A stretch of DNA of 64,000 nt from an uncultured Rothia sp. GTDB taxonomy: Bacteria > Actinomycetota > Actinomycetes > Actinomycetales > Micrococcaceae. The stretch is taken from assembly GCF_946222285.1 (NCBI RefSeq), contig NZ_CAMIIP010000003.1; one strand, 5' to 3'. Every line of letters starts with the position of its first letter. Position 1 is the stretch's first letter. The notes beneath the pieces are model-generated. The model saw nothing but the letters and a program-made list of their open reading frames with translations, did not search any database and was not told where the DNA came from. The position numbers and the translations under genes were made by a program. Positions 10,431-20,648 of this stretch are shown piece by piece.

Positions 10431-11759
10431 ATGACCGTTACCGAACAGCAACCCCCAGAATCTTTTAAAGAGACCCCCGTTGAACTGGTGATGCGCAAAG
10501 CTCGTGATCAGTTTCTTCTCCAAGAATTTTCCGAAACCCCCGCGAAATTTACTCTTAACGCGCAGTTCGCCACCCTACAACCTGAGCAAAACCAGACCCT
10601 ACCCACCGATATTCCCCGGCTGATACACGCCGTTGATGAGCAAGAAGAAACCGGACTCAGCGAAGCCGAACAAGAAACCGCCATCGAATCTTTGCATGCA
10701 CAATTCTTTGGACTGGGAATCCTCGAACCGTTACTTTCTATCGAAGGAATTACCGATATTTTTGTGAATGGTCCACAAGACATCTGGTATGAAGCCCAAG
10801 GCGTTCTTTACCCTTCTCACCTCAGCTTCGTTGCCGAGCCAGATGTGCGTGCTTTTGCCTGCAGACTCATTCAAAGTGCTGGAGGCAGACTAGATGAGGC
10901 CTACCCTAGCGCAGACGTACAAAACAATCGAGGTCAGCGTATCCACGCTATCTTGCCACCTCTCTCACTCAGCGGAACAGTACTGTCTATCCGTATTTAG
11001 CCCACCCGCCGCGCGTCACTAGAAGAGCTGGAATCCTGCGGTATGTTCAACCATGAAGTTGCCAGCGTATTGCGGTATGTGGTGGAGAGAAAAGCAAATT
11101 TTCTGATTAGCGGTGGAACGGGTACAGGCAAAACCACCCTGCTCAACGCCATGCTTTCTGAATGCGCTGAAAACGAGCGGATTATTACGATTGAAGACGT
11201 AGCCGAACTTGCTCCTGTTCATCCTCACGTAGTGTCTTTGCAATCGAAGATTGCTAATGCGGAAGGGCAGGGTGCAGTGCCGCTGACCGAACTGATTCGT
11301 CAGGCTCTGCGAATGCGCCCGTCAAGATTGGTGCTCGGTGAATGCCGCGGTAGCGAGCTTGCCGATATGCTCACTGCCATGAATACCGGGCACTCGGGAA
11401 CCGGCGGAACCGTTCACGCTAATTCTGCTTCTGCAGTGCCAGCGAGACTGATGGCAATGGGAGCTATGGCAGGTATGACTCCCGAAGCTCTGACTCTACA
11501 AGCGCTGACCGCTCTGGAATTTGTGGTTCATATTTCTAAACGGGGGAGTCAGCGATTTATTAGTGAAATTGGGGTGCTTACTCCGCAGGAAAAAATTTTT
11601 TCGGTTGAACCCCTGTGTAGCTGGGAACAAGGACGGCGCTCGAACCATCTACGGTGGACAGACGCCGGAGAGCTACTTTTAGAGGTCGCCCAGCGAAAAG
11701 CCACCCACACAGAATCCCGCTCCGAAAACGTTCTGGTAGAAAGCGGTGTGTATTCGTGA
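10431..11759 (+). pseudogene. tadA: TadA/CpaF pilus ATPase interrupted by an in-frame TAG (10998-11000)
   Basis: GLGILEPLL..DIFVNG..SIRI*PTRR continues in frame into GGTGTGKTT, TIED, ALRMRPSRLVLGECRG, MNTGH. Confidence 0.88.
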
Positions 11760-12481
11760 AAAAGAAAACCCGCTCTACCGATAAACATCAACTAAAGCTC
11801 CCCCGCTCGGCGAGAACAAAACCCGGTATCGAAGAAATGGAGCTGTGGCCCGATTTAGCATGGAGGCTTTCCGCGCTCATTCGCGCCGGTCTCACTCCGG
11901 CTCGTGCCTTTGACATGTTAGAAAGGGAGATTCCCTCAGATACCGGGGTAAAAACCTCAATGTCTGAACGAATCTTGACGTTTCTTCGTCAAACCGGCGC
12001 GGAACAGCAAACTCGTGCTCTGGGACAGAAAGATATTAACCTTCTCTTACACCGCTGTGCTGAATCAGCACGCCAGGGTCTGCCTCTGTCAGATGCTCTT
12101 GACTCTTTGAAATTTAGTCGCGAATACTCTGCTCTTAAGAGCACCGAGCTGGCAGCCTGTTGGCGTATCGGCGAACAAACCGGAGCGCCAATGGCGAAAG
12201 TTTTAGAGCGGCTGGCTCTTTACTATGAGCAAGAAATTGATTTGTCCCAGGCTCGTGATTCGGCTATGTCTGGTCCTAAATCTACCGGCTCAATTCTTTC
12301 TTGGTTACCGCTATTGGGCCTAGGACTAGGAATGCTCATGGGAACTAATCCTCTGGGTATTTTGCTGGGGTCTATTCCCGGCGCGCTAGCGGCTTTTATA
12401 GGAGTTTTTCTTGCCCTGTTGGGCAGAAGCTGGACGGCGCGGCTGGTGCAAAGAGCGGAACGGGGGTTGGATTCCTCATGA
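11756..12481 (+). CDS. tadB: TadB-like type II secretion system F family protein
   Basis: LAACWRIGEQTGAP, GPKSTGSILSWLPLLGLGLG; GTG overlaps the tadA stop. Confidence 0.8.
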   Translation: MKKKTRSTDKHQLKLPRSARTKPGIEEMELWPDLAWRLSALIRAGLTPARAFDMLEREIPSDTGVKTSMSERILTFLRQTGAEQQTRALGQKDINLLLHRCAESARQGLPLSDALDSLKFSREYSALKSTELAACWRIGEQTGAPMAKVLERLALYYEQEIDLSQARDSAMSGPKSTGSILSWLPLLGLGLGMLMGTNPLGILLGSIPGALAAFIGVFLALLGRSWTARLVQRAERGLDSS

Positions 12482-12912
12482 AACTTAGTTCAGCTATTTA
12501 TCTTGATTTGACCGCTTCTATGCTGGGAGCCGGTCTATCTCTTTAGAGATGTTTACTCATGCTTTCTACCGTGGGCGGCGAGATAGCTCGCCATCAGCTA
12601 TGCACAGTGGAGTATCGCCTCCGGCTTGGTGCCAGCGGGGAGACAGCCTGGCAATTTGGCGAGCTAGCAAACGAACTTATTGATCTCAAACGAACGCTGG
12701 GCTTTCTTCAGAAAACCGGCGCCCCTACAGCCGACTTGCTAGGGGTAATGGCGGATAGGCAACGTAGACACAGCTTCAGATTTGCAGAGCAATCGGCGGC
12801 CAAGCTAGGCGTTCAACTCGTTGTTCCCTTAGGGCTCTGTTCCCTGCCGGCTTTTATTTGTTTGGGGGTGATACCCGTTCTGATTTCACTCATTCCAAGC
12901 CTCGGATTCTAA
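12478..12912 (+). pseudogene. tadC: TadC-like protein interrupted by an in-frame TAG (12544-12546)
   Basis: ATG 12478 overlaps the tadB stop; MKLSSAIYLDLTASMLGAGLSL*RCLLM..LVVPLGLCSLPAFICLGV. Confidence 0.8.
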
Positions 12913-12966
12913 GGCACTGGATTCAATTATTACCTACACGTTAGCACCATTATTTAGGAGAACATC

Positions 12967-13188
12967 ATGCAGAAATACACCAATTTTTATCAGGAAAACC
13001 CCGCGGTGGAGGGCGAACTCGTCGATCTGGCGCAGGATCCCGAATCGGGAGCGACCACAGCAGAATACGGGATTGTTATGTTAGCTGCCGTTGGCTTTGC
13101 CGGGCTTCTAGTAGTGATTCTTAAATCCGAAGAAGTTCGTAGCTTGCTTATGGGTATTATTCAGAACGCGCTTTCTTCGGGAGCCTAA
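12967..13188 (+). CDS. Flp pilin-like protein (DUF4244)
   Basis: G/ATTAEYG prepilin motif followed by a hydrophobic helix; AGGAG RBS. Confidence 0.88.
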   Translation: MQKYTNFYQENPAVEGELVDLAQDPESGATTAEYGIVMLAAVGFAGLLVVILKSEEVRSLLMGIIQNALSSGA

Positions 13189-13331
13189 ATTCTGTCCTGC
13201 TGAACGGCGATGAATGGGGCTTATTCATAGGGTGTCTATATCTTCAACCGTCCGCTGTACCCGGCTGCCGGATTTCTCTTTATGAATAAGCTCTTTCGCC
13301 GAAACCCTGTATAGAAAGCAGAAGCCTCATC

Positions 13332-13739
13332 ATGATAGAAGTTCCCATCAATGAACATTCGACCGATGCTCCACAACGCGCAGAGCAACACACTTCAGAA
13401 CGCGGTGCGGTTACCGCTGAATTTGCGGTAGCTTTGCCCGCTGTGATTTTTATTCTCGCCCTACTGCTGGGAGCTACCGCCACAGGTATTGTCCAGCTCA
13501 AATTAGAAGAATCTGTTCGAGTTGGCGCACGGGCGGCGGCGAGAGGAGAAAACACAGAAACCGTACAACGATTAGTGAGAGAAATTGATGGTGATTTTGC
13601 GGTGAATATTCAAGCAGGCGGGGAAACAGTCACGGTTCAATCCAGCGCCCCGGCACCCGGCGTTATTGGCGATATAACGGGGTGGACCCTTCATGCAGAA
13701 TCGTCCATTCCTCGAGAACAGTCCCATGTTAGCGGATAG
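13332..13739 (+). CDS. TadE family minor pilin
   Basis: ERGAVTAEFAVALP, GARAAARGE. Confidence 0.85.
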   Translation: MIEVPINEHSTDAPQRAEQHTSERGAVTAEFAVALPAVIFILALLLGATATGIVQLKLEESVRVGARAAARGENTETVQRLVREIDGDFAVNIQAGGETVTVQSSAPAPGVIGDITGWTLHAESSIPREQSHVSG

Positions 13740-14145
13740 GCAGAGCAGAACGGTGTTGAGCGCGGCTAAGAGAGGCATGAACGGCCAAGCGGAGAGAGAG
13801 CGCGGCTCTGGTACCGTTCTTGCACTGTCGTTGATCCTGATCCTTTTAACATGTCTCGTGGTAATTGCGGGAATCATCGGAGCGGTATCGGCACATCATC
13901 GAGCGCTCTCTGCTGCTGACCTTAGCGCTCTTGCTGCCGCAGATACCGCACGCGGTCTGCGCGAGGGAAATCCCTGCGACGTCGCCGTGCAGGTAGCGCA
14001 AGCCAATTCCGCTGAGCTGGTGAACTGTGCTCAGCCTGAGGGCTTATCCGGCACTGTGGATATTAGGGTCAGCACCGACATCAAAGGCCCCTTTGCCCTA
14101 CTCGGACCGGCTGAGGGAATCAGCGGGGCAGGGCCGGCGGGCTAG
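13726..14145 (+). CDS. Rv3654c-family TadE-like protein
   Basis: ERGSGTVL, AADLSALAAA, two Cys, C-terminal AGP; start codon uncertain (13726 or 13777). Confidence 0.8.
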   Translation: MLADRQSRTVLSAAKRGMNGQAERERGSGTVLALSLILILLTCLVVIAGIIGAVSAHHRALSAADLSALAAADTARGLREGNPCDVAVQVAQANSAELVNCAQPEGLSGTVDIRVSTDIKGPFALLGPAEGISGAGPAG

Positions 14146-16703
14146 TCTTTAGAGTCAGAAAAGTTTGAGGCGGATTCCGAGCTTGCACTCTTCACAGACT
14201 GCGAGCGAATCAGCATGGCTTCTAAAAGACGCGCAGCGCCGTCCTTCTCCAGCGGATCGTTGCGGTTGCCGCACTTGGGCGACTGCACACATGAGGGGCA
14301 GCCTGTTTCGCATTCACAGGAGCGAATAGTGTTCAGCGTTGCCGAAAGCCAGTGCCGAGCTGCTGTAAAGCCTCGCTCGGCAAATCCTGCCCCACCCTGA
14401 TGCCCGTCGTAGACAAAAATGTGGGTTTTTCTGTATCCATGTGCAGGGCGGTGGACAGACCGCCAATATCCCAACGGTCACAGGTAGCAAACAGGGGGAG
14501 CAGACCAATAGAAGCGTGTTCTGCGGCGTGAAGTGTTCCGGGAAAGTCGGGTTCTTGAACGCCAGCACCGCTCATCACGGTGGGCTCGATGGTGAACCAG
14601 ACGGCGGTCGTCATCAGATTCTGCGGCGGGAGATCGAGGATTTCTTCGCCAAGAATCTCCTGCCCTACCACAGATTTCCGCTGATAAGAAACCACCTGAG
14701 TTCGCACGCGTACCTGCCCATAGTGCATGGTTACCGGACCCCACTCTTCTCGCTTTTCTTCGGCGAGAATCTTCACTTCAGTCAGATCACGAGACTGGGT
14801 GAAGTAGTCAGGGAAAACGCGGGAAACGGCGATGAGGCGGTTATCAAGATCAAGCTCTTCTACCACATAGGTTGTCGATTGGTGGGTATAGATCGCTCCG
14901 GTATGGCCCTGATGATGAGCCTGCCCCGCATCCATCGTTCCCACCACAGTGCCGGTCTCAATCTCAATAATCTGCAGAGGGGAGCCTCCACCGCCGCGTA
15001 AGTCAACGCTCAGCAAGCTCTTCAGAAACAATCTGACGCTGGGAGCCTCCACCGCCGCGTAAGTCAACGAGTGCTGAGGCATTCTCGGGGTGAGTCCAGA
15101 ACCAGCCGGTTGCACGTTTGCGCAGATACCCCTGTTCAATCAGCCGCTCGAGCAAAGCACCTACGCTGGGACCAAACAGTTCCACCTCTTCAGCACGCAG
15201 GGGAAGTTCGGCGGCCGCAGCGCAAAGGTGCGGGGAAAGCACATAAGGGTTAGCGGGATCAAAAACGGTTGCTTCAACCACGGTAAAAATATCTTCGGGA
15301 TGATGCACCAGATAGGTATCGAGCGGGTCGGCGCTGGCTATGAGCACAGAGAGGGAATCTTGGCCCGCGCGTCCGGCTCTTCCAATTTGTTGGAAGAAAG
15401 ACGCGCGGGTCCCCGGCCAGCCAGCCACCAGAACGGCATCTAGACCCGCGATATCAATGCCTAATTCCAAAGCTGAAGTGGAGGCGATACCGAGTATCTC
15501 TCCGCTGCGTAATGCCCGCTCTAATTCGCGGCGTTCTTCGGGGAGAAAACCTGAGCGGTAGGCGCTGACCCTGTGGGAGAGTCCAGTTTCTACTTCGTCG
15601 AGGTAACGGGAGGCAGTTTGGGCAATGGCTTCTGCACCGCGTCGGGACTTGATGAAGGCGATGGTTCGCGTGCGATCCACCACTAAATCGGTGAGCATTT
15701 CGGCGCTTTGTTCGATCACTGATTTACGTTGCGGGGCATTTTTCTCAGCTTCTGACTGGCCGGTATCTCGGATGGCAGAGAGCTTATCGCTGACTTTCTC
15801 ACGAAATTCCGGTTCCCATAAAATAGTGTGAGTTGCTCCGTGGGGTGCGGTGTCACGGGTAATGGCAGTGATGTTTTCTTCCCTTACGCCCAGTAACTGA
15901 GCGAATGACCGGGCGGGGTCGGCGGAGGTTGCGGAGGCACCGAAGAAGACGGGGGAGGATCCGTAGTGGCGGCAGATTCTCCGTAATCGGCGCATAAGAA
16001 CGGCTATGTGAGCGCCAAAAACGCCTCGGTAGCTGTGCGCTTCATCGAGTATCACATACTTGAGACGACGCAGGAAAGAAGACCACTGGGAGTGGTTGGG
16101 CAGGATTCCAAAGTGCAACATATCTGGGTTGCAGAGAATCACATTGGCATGTTGGCGAATCCAGCGACGCTCAGAAAGAGGCGTATCTCCGTCGTAGGTT
16201 TCGGCGCGCACGGTTGGAAGACCCAGCGCGCGAATGGAATTGAGCTGGTCTGCTGCCAGCGCCTTGGTGGGGGATAAATAAAGAACCGTGGCACGGTCCT
16301 CATCCAAACCTCGTTTGGGGGCGAGCTTGCCTCGGTGAACCGCGTCGAGTGAGGGCAAGAGATAGGAGAGCGATTTGCCTGAGGCAGTTCCTGTTGCCAG
16401 AATAAGGTGCTTTTGTGCGCCGGTGGGAATCTCAGGAGCAGAAACCATCGACCGATGAGCGCAATCGGCTGCTTCAACCTGATGAAGATAGGGTTCTGGC
16501 ACACCTAAAGACTCAAATGCTTGGCGAACCTCTGCATGAACCCACCTGGGCCAGGGCGCAGTGATTGCTTCTCTGGCAGGAACCGAGCGAACGTGCGTTA
16601 TCTGTTCGGGTAGAGACCCATAACCGAGCTTGGCAACGAGCGCTCGAATCTCGGGTGGAAGCTGATCACGTTGGGGGGAAAATGAAGAAGAATCATCTGA
16701 CAC
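14142..16703 (-). pseudogene. DEAH-box helicase with DUF1998 domain (Rv3649/SftH/Hrq-like), broken by a 61-bp insertion and a 1-bp deletion
   Basis: TASGKS, DEAH, SAT, QQIGRAGR, HAAEH and CECETGCPSC are spread over three frames; lesions at 14980-15069 and ~14421. Confidence 0.92.
14980..15069. repeat. Two perfect 29-bp direct repeats with a 32-bp spacer (CRISPR-like unit inside the helicase)
   Basis: GGGAGCCTCCACCGCCGCGTAAGTCAACG at 14980-15008 and 15041-15069. Confidence 0.95.
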
Positions 16704-16841
16704 AGCTCTATTCTTGCACCCCGTTCGCGCTGGCAGGTTCAAAACCTCTTATTGAGTCGCTGGCGAACTTACTCGACTGAGAAAACCTCAAGACTTTAGG
16801 CTAGAAAATACAGTAAATGTAAATATTGTGAAAGGACCATC

Positions 16842-17927
16842 ATGGCATCAGCACTCTTTGACACCATTACCCTGCGCGAGCTGGAGTTCCGCAACCGTCT
16901 GTGGGTTCCGCCCATGTGCCAGTATGCGGCAACGACTAAAGACGGCGTACCCAACAAGTGGCACGAGATTCACTATGCTTCGATCGCACGCGGAGGCGCT
17001 GGTGCAGTGGTGGTTGAGATGACTAACGTAGAGGCCGCCGGGCGAATTAGTCCCCACTGCCTGGGACTGTGGAACGACGAGCAGCAAGAAGCTTTCAAAC
17101 CCATCGTTGCAGGTATTAAAGACGCCGGCGCGCGAGCTGGTATCCAAATAGCGCACGCTGGGCGTAAAGCTTCGACTCATCCCGAGTGGGGCACCGGTGG
17201 CTCTGGGTCGCTAGCGAATGACGAGGGCGGCTGGGACACTGCCGCGCCGTCAGCTCTTGCCTTTCCCGGACTCAAAGAACCCCTAGCCCTCGATGAAGAA
17301 AATATTCAGCTCCTAGTGCGAGCTTATGGAGAATCCGCTCGGCGCGCGGTCGAGGCGGGATTCGATTTCCTCGAAATTCACGGCGCTCACGGTTACCTCA
17401 TTACCGAGTTCCTTTCGCCGCTATCGAATGAGCGAGAGGATCGTTACGGCGGCTCTCTAGAAAACCGCGCTCGCTTTCTGTTAGAAGTTACTGATGCTAT
17501 GCGTGCGCAGATGCCTGCGAGTATGCCGCTCTTGGCGCGTCTTTCTGCAACCGAGTGGGTGGACGGCGGTATTACAGTAGATGAGACCGTGCAGGTTGCC
17601 CGTTGGCTCAAGGAGCACGGCGTGGACATGGTTGATGTGTCTACAGGCGGTAATTACCCGGCTAAAATCGGTGTCCATGCTGGCTATCAGGTGCCTGCTG
17701 CTACGCGCATCAAAAACGAAGCAGACATTCCGGTGAGCGCCGTCGGCATGATTAACGAGGCTCGCACTGCCGATTTTATTGTGAGCACGGGACAAGCTGA
17801 TGTAGTGATGGTCGGACGTGAAATTCTGCGGGATCATGCTTTTCCTCTGCATGCCGCCGCAGAGTTACATGCAGATATTGATGACGTTCCCGCTCCTTAC
17901 CGTCGAGCTTACGCAACCCGTAAGTAA
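16842..17927 (+). CDS. NADH:flavin oxidoreductase (old yellow enzyme, NamA/YqjM-like)
   Basis: PMCQY, QIAHAGRK, EIHGAHGYL, YGGSLENR. Confidence 0.93.
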   Translation: MASALFDTITLRELEFRNRLWVPPMCQYAATTKDGVPNKWHEIHYASIARGGAGAVVVEMTNVEAAGRISPHCLGLWNDEQQEAFKPIVAGIKDAGARAGIQIAHAGRKASTHPEWGTGGSGSLANDEGGWDTAAPSALAFPGLKEPLALDEENIQLLVRAYGESARRAVEAGFDFLEIHGAHGYLITEFLSPLSNEREDRYGGSLENRARFLLEVTDAMRAQMPASMPLLARLSATEWVDGGITVDETVQVARWLKEHGVDMVDVSTGGNYPAKIGVHAGYQVPAATRIKNEADIPVSAVGMINEARTADFIVSTGQADVVMVGREILRDHAFPLHAAAELHADIDDVPAPYRRAYATRK

Positions 17928-17953
17928 ATACATTAATTATCAGAGGGTTCAAC

Positions 17954-18988
17954 ATGTCAGAGAAAAAAGTTTTCAGCACTCAGATTCAGCTGGTACGCCG
18001 TCCGCAAGGTACTCCGCAACCAGAGGATTTTCGCACCGTAGAGATTGAATTGCCACCGCTAGCTCCCGGAGAAATCCGTGTAAAAAATGAATTTATTTCT
18101 GTAGATCCTTACATGCGAGGGCGGATGAACGAGGGAAAGTCTTACATCCCTCCTTTTGAGCTTGGCGAAACTATGACCGGTTCAGCGGTTGGTCGCGTTG
18201 TGCAGAGCGCATCAGATAGATTTTCTGAGGGAGATTTAGTCACTCATTTTCTTGGTTGGCGTGATATAGCTCAGGCACCGGAGTCGGAGTTTTCTCCGGT
18301 GCCTGAGCTTGGCGAAACCAGTGTTTCTGCCTATCTGGGAGTACTGGGACTCACCGGTATGACTGCTTACGCGGGCCTGGTGAAGGTTGCAAAAATGAAA
18401 GAGGGCGATCGGGTCTTTGTTTCTGGCGCTGCGGGGGCAGTGGGGTCAATCGTTGGTCAGATCGCTCGGCTACGAGGTGCCGCAGAAGTGATTGGTTCGG
18501 CTGGCTCGGATCAGAAAGTTTCTTTATTGAAGGAGCGTTATGGCTTCACTTCAGCTATCAATTATCAGGATGCTCCTATCTTGGATCAGCTCGCTCAAGC
18601 GGCTCCCGAGGGGATCGATGTTTACTTCGATAATGTGGGAGGTGACCATCTAGAGGCAGCGCTTGCTCATTTCAACAGATATGGACGCGCAGCTCTGTGC
18701 GGAGCAATTTCTGTTTACAATTCTGAATCATCCATGTCACCAGCTGGTCCGCGGTTTATGACCAACATTGTTTCTCGTTCTCTTACTCTTCAGGGCTTCG
18801 TATTGCAGGATTATATGCAGTATGCGGAAGATTTCCGCAGAGATATTGTTCCGTTGGTTATGAAGGGCGAAATTCGCTACGACGAGACCGTAGTTGTTGG
18901 TCTTGATCGCGCTGTTGAGGCGTTCTTGGGTTTGTTTGAGGGCAAGAATATCGGCAAAATGGTCGTTCGTATTGAACGGGAAGATTAG
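17954..18988 (+). CDS. NADP-dependent oxidoreductase (CurA/PTGR-like MDR)
   Basis: SVDPYMRGRM, GAAGAVG, YFDNVGG, NIGKMVV. Confidence 0.92.
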   Translation: MSEKKVFSTQIQLVRRPQGTPQPEDFRTVEIELPPLAPGEIRVKNEFISVDPYMRGRMNEGKSYIPPFELGETMTGSAVGRVVQSASDRFSEGDLVTHFLGWRDIAQAPESEFSPVPELGETSVSAYLGVLGLTGMTAYAGLVKVAKMKEGDRVFVSGAAGAVGSIVGQIARLRGAAEVIGSAGSDQKVSLLKERYGFTSAINYQDAPILDQLAQAAPEGIDVYFDNVGGDHLEAALAHFNRYGRAALCGAISVYNSESSMSPAGPRFMTNIVSRSLTLQGFVLQDYMQYAEDFRRDIVPLVMKGEIRYDETVVVGLDRAVEAFLGLFEGKNIGKMVVRIERED

Positions 18989-18997
18989 AATAGCAGC

Positions 18998-19879
18998 GTG
19001 GCTCAAGAACGAATTATCCTGTATTACTGCTTTGCTCCCGTTGCCGATCCCACCGCCGTTATGCTCTGGCAGAAGGCTCTGTGCGAGAAACTCGGCTTGA
19101 AAGGGCGCATCATTATTTCCAAGCACGGCATCAATGGCACCTTAGGTGGAGATGTCGATGCGCTTAAACAGTACAAAAAGAAATCCCGCCAGTATCCCGC
19201 TTTCCAGACGTTGAGCTTGAAGTGGTCAGACGGTAGTTCGGCTGATTTCCCCAAGCTATCGGTCAAGGCTCGCGATGAAATCGTGGCTTTCGGCGCCCCC
19301 GACGAACTCAAAGTTGACGAAAACGGTGTAGTGGGTGGCGGCGTCCACCTCAAGCCCGAAGAAGTCAATAAGCTCGTTGAAGAGCGCGGTGATGAGGTAG
19401 TGTTCTTCGACGGACGCAATGCCTACGAGGCGAAGATTGGCAAGTTCAAGAACGCCGTTGTGCCGGATGTCAATACCACCCACGATTTCATTAAAGAGAT
19501 TGAATCGGGTAAGTACGATGACCTCAAAGATAAGCCGGTGATCACCTACTGCACCGGCGGTATCCGCTGTGAGATTCTTTCTGCTCTCATGAAGAACCGC
19601 GGGTTCAAGGAGATTTATCAGATTGACGGCGGCATCGTGCGTTACGGCGAAAAATACGGCGATTCGGGGCTATGGGAAGGTTCGCTCTATATCTTTGATA
19701 GGCGTCAGACCATGAATTTTTCTCCCGATACTCTCACCATCGGCGAGTGTGAACATTGCGGTGCCCCGGCTAACAAGTTTGAGAATCTGGACGATATTGG
19801 CGGGCGTGCGCTGGTTTTGCTCTGCGATGAGTGCAGGGAAAAGGCGATTGCTCCTCGCGATTCTATGCTTGCGGAATAG
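18998..19879 (+). CDS. trhO: Rhodanese-domain tRNA uridine(34) hydroxylase, TrhO/YceA-like
   Basis: [28 protein letters not shown]. Confidence 0.88.
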   Translation: MAQERIILYYCFAPVADPTAVMLWQKALCEKLGLKGRIIISKHGINGTLGGDVDALKQYKKKSRQYPAFQTLSLKWSDGSSADFPKLSVKARDEIVAFGAPDELKVDENGVVGGGVHLKPEEVNKLVEERGDEVVFFDGRNAYEAKIGKFKNAVVPDVNTTHDFIKEIESGKYDDLKDKPVITYCTGGIRCEILSALMKNRGFKEIYQIDGGIVRYGEKYGDSGLWEGSLYIFDRRQTMNFSPDTLTIGECEHCGAPANKFENLDDIGGRALVLLCDECREKAIAPRDSMLAE

Positions 19880-19888
19880 GGGTAGCTG

Positions 19889-20371
19889 GTGGAAACTGCT
19901 CTGATTGAATACGGCACATTTTTGGTGGCCGGTAAAACTGTCGAGGCAACTGAAAATAGCGATTTTTCCGCCGTGTGGCAGGAGCTGTTTGCCGGTCTGA
20001 ATGAGGAGCAGAAGCAGGTCTGCGCCAAGCTACAGGCGGTGGGTGTTATGATGCCCACCGCTGAAGATGAAGGCTTTACCTACACCGCTGGTTTTATGGT
20101 GCAGAGTATTGCTGAGGTTTCTGCGCTGGGGTTTACGGGGGTGGTGGTTCCTGCCGCCATGTATGCAACGGTGCTGGTCACAGGGGCTGTTCCTGGCTCA
20201 ATCAAGCCCGGCTTTGAATATTTGTATTCAGAATTTATACCCAGCAAAGGTGCTCAACCTACCGGAGTGAACCTAGAGGTTTACGGACCGGGGGATAGGA
20301 GCTCCGAGGAGTATCGCATGTATCTGTGGAGTGCCGTGAGCGGTTTAGAGGTACAGCCCAGAGTCGGCTAG
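19889..20371 (+). CDS. GyrI-like effector-binding domain protein
   Basis: FTYTAG..VPAAMYA..LYSEFIP..LEVYGPG pattern. Confidence 0.7.
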   Translation: METALIEYGTFLVAGKTVEATENSDFSAVWQELFAGLNEEQKQVCAKLQAVGVMMPTAEDEGFTYTAGFMVQSIAEVSALGFTGVVVPAAMYATVLVTGAVPGSIKPGFEYLYSEFIPSKGAQPTGVNLEVYGPGDRSSEEYRMYLWSAVSGLEVQPRVG

Positions 20372-20412
20372 GTAGCCGCAGACAATGGAGAGGTAACAGA
20401 AAATTTGTTAAA

Positions 20413-20452
20413 TAGCTATGACCGTGTATCCCTAATGACACGGTCATAGCTA
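20413..20452. terminator. Hairpin terminator, 15-bp stem
   Basis: TAGCTATGACCGTGT-atccctaatg-ACACGGTCATAGCTA between convergent ORFs. Confidence 0.75.
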
Positions 20453-20495
20453 GTTAAAGGTGCCTCAAGTGACATAGGCTGGAGATGCCAAGCGG

Positions 20496-20648
20496 CTAAC
20501 TATTCTTAGCTTCTTCTAAATCTACTTTTAACTTGTTGATGATTTCTTCCCCTACCTGCTGTGGAACAGGAGAAGATCCGTCTGCGAGTCGCGTCTGCCA
20601 CTCAGTAATTGATTTTTCGATGTTTTCAACATTCTGTGTATCTGCCAT
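20496..20648 (-). CDS. Small hypothetical protein (50 aa), leaderless
   Basis: MADTQNVENIEKSITEWQTRLADGSSPVPQQVGEEIINKLKVDLEEAKNS; TACACT lies 6 nt before the ATG. Confidence 0.6.
   Translation of the reverse strand: MADTQNVENIEKSITEWQTRLADGSSPVPQQVGEEIINKLKVDLEEAKNS

Noticed and set aside
10998..12546. Programmed amber recoding (pyrrolysine or stop reassignment) in the tad genes
   Set aside because: TAG is a normal stop elsewhere in the window (marP, trhO, resB), and the neighbouring helicase has frameshifts, so decay is the simpler explanation
14980..15069. A bona fide functional CRISPR array
   Set aside because: Only two repeats, the repeat is native helicase coding sequence with no clear palindrome, and there is no leader or cas gene; kept only as a candidate ectopic integration
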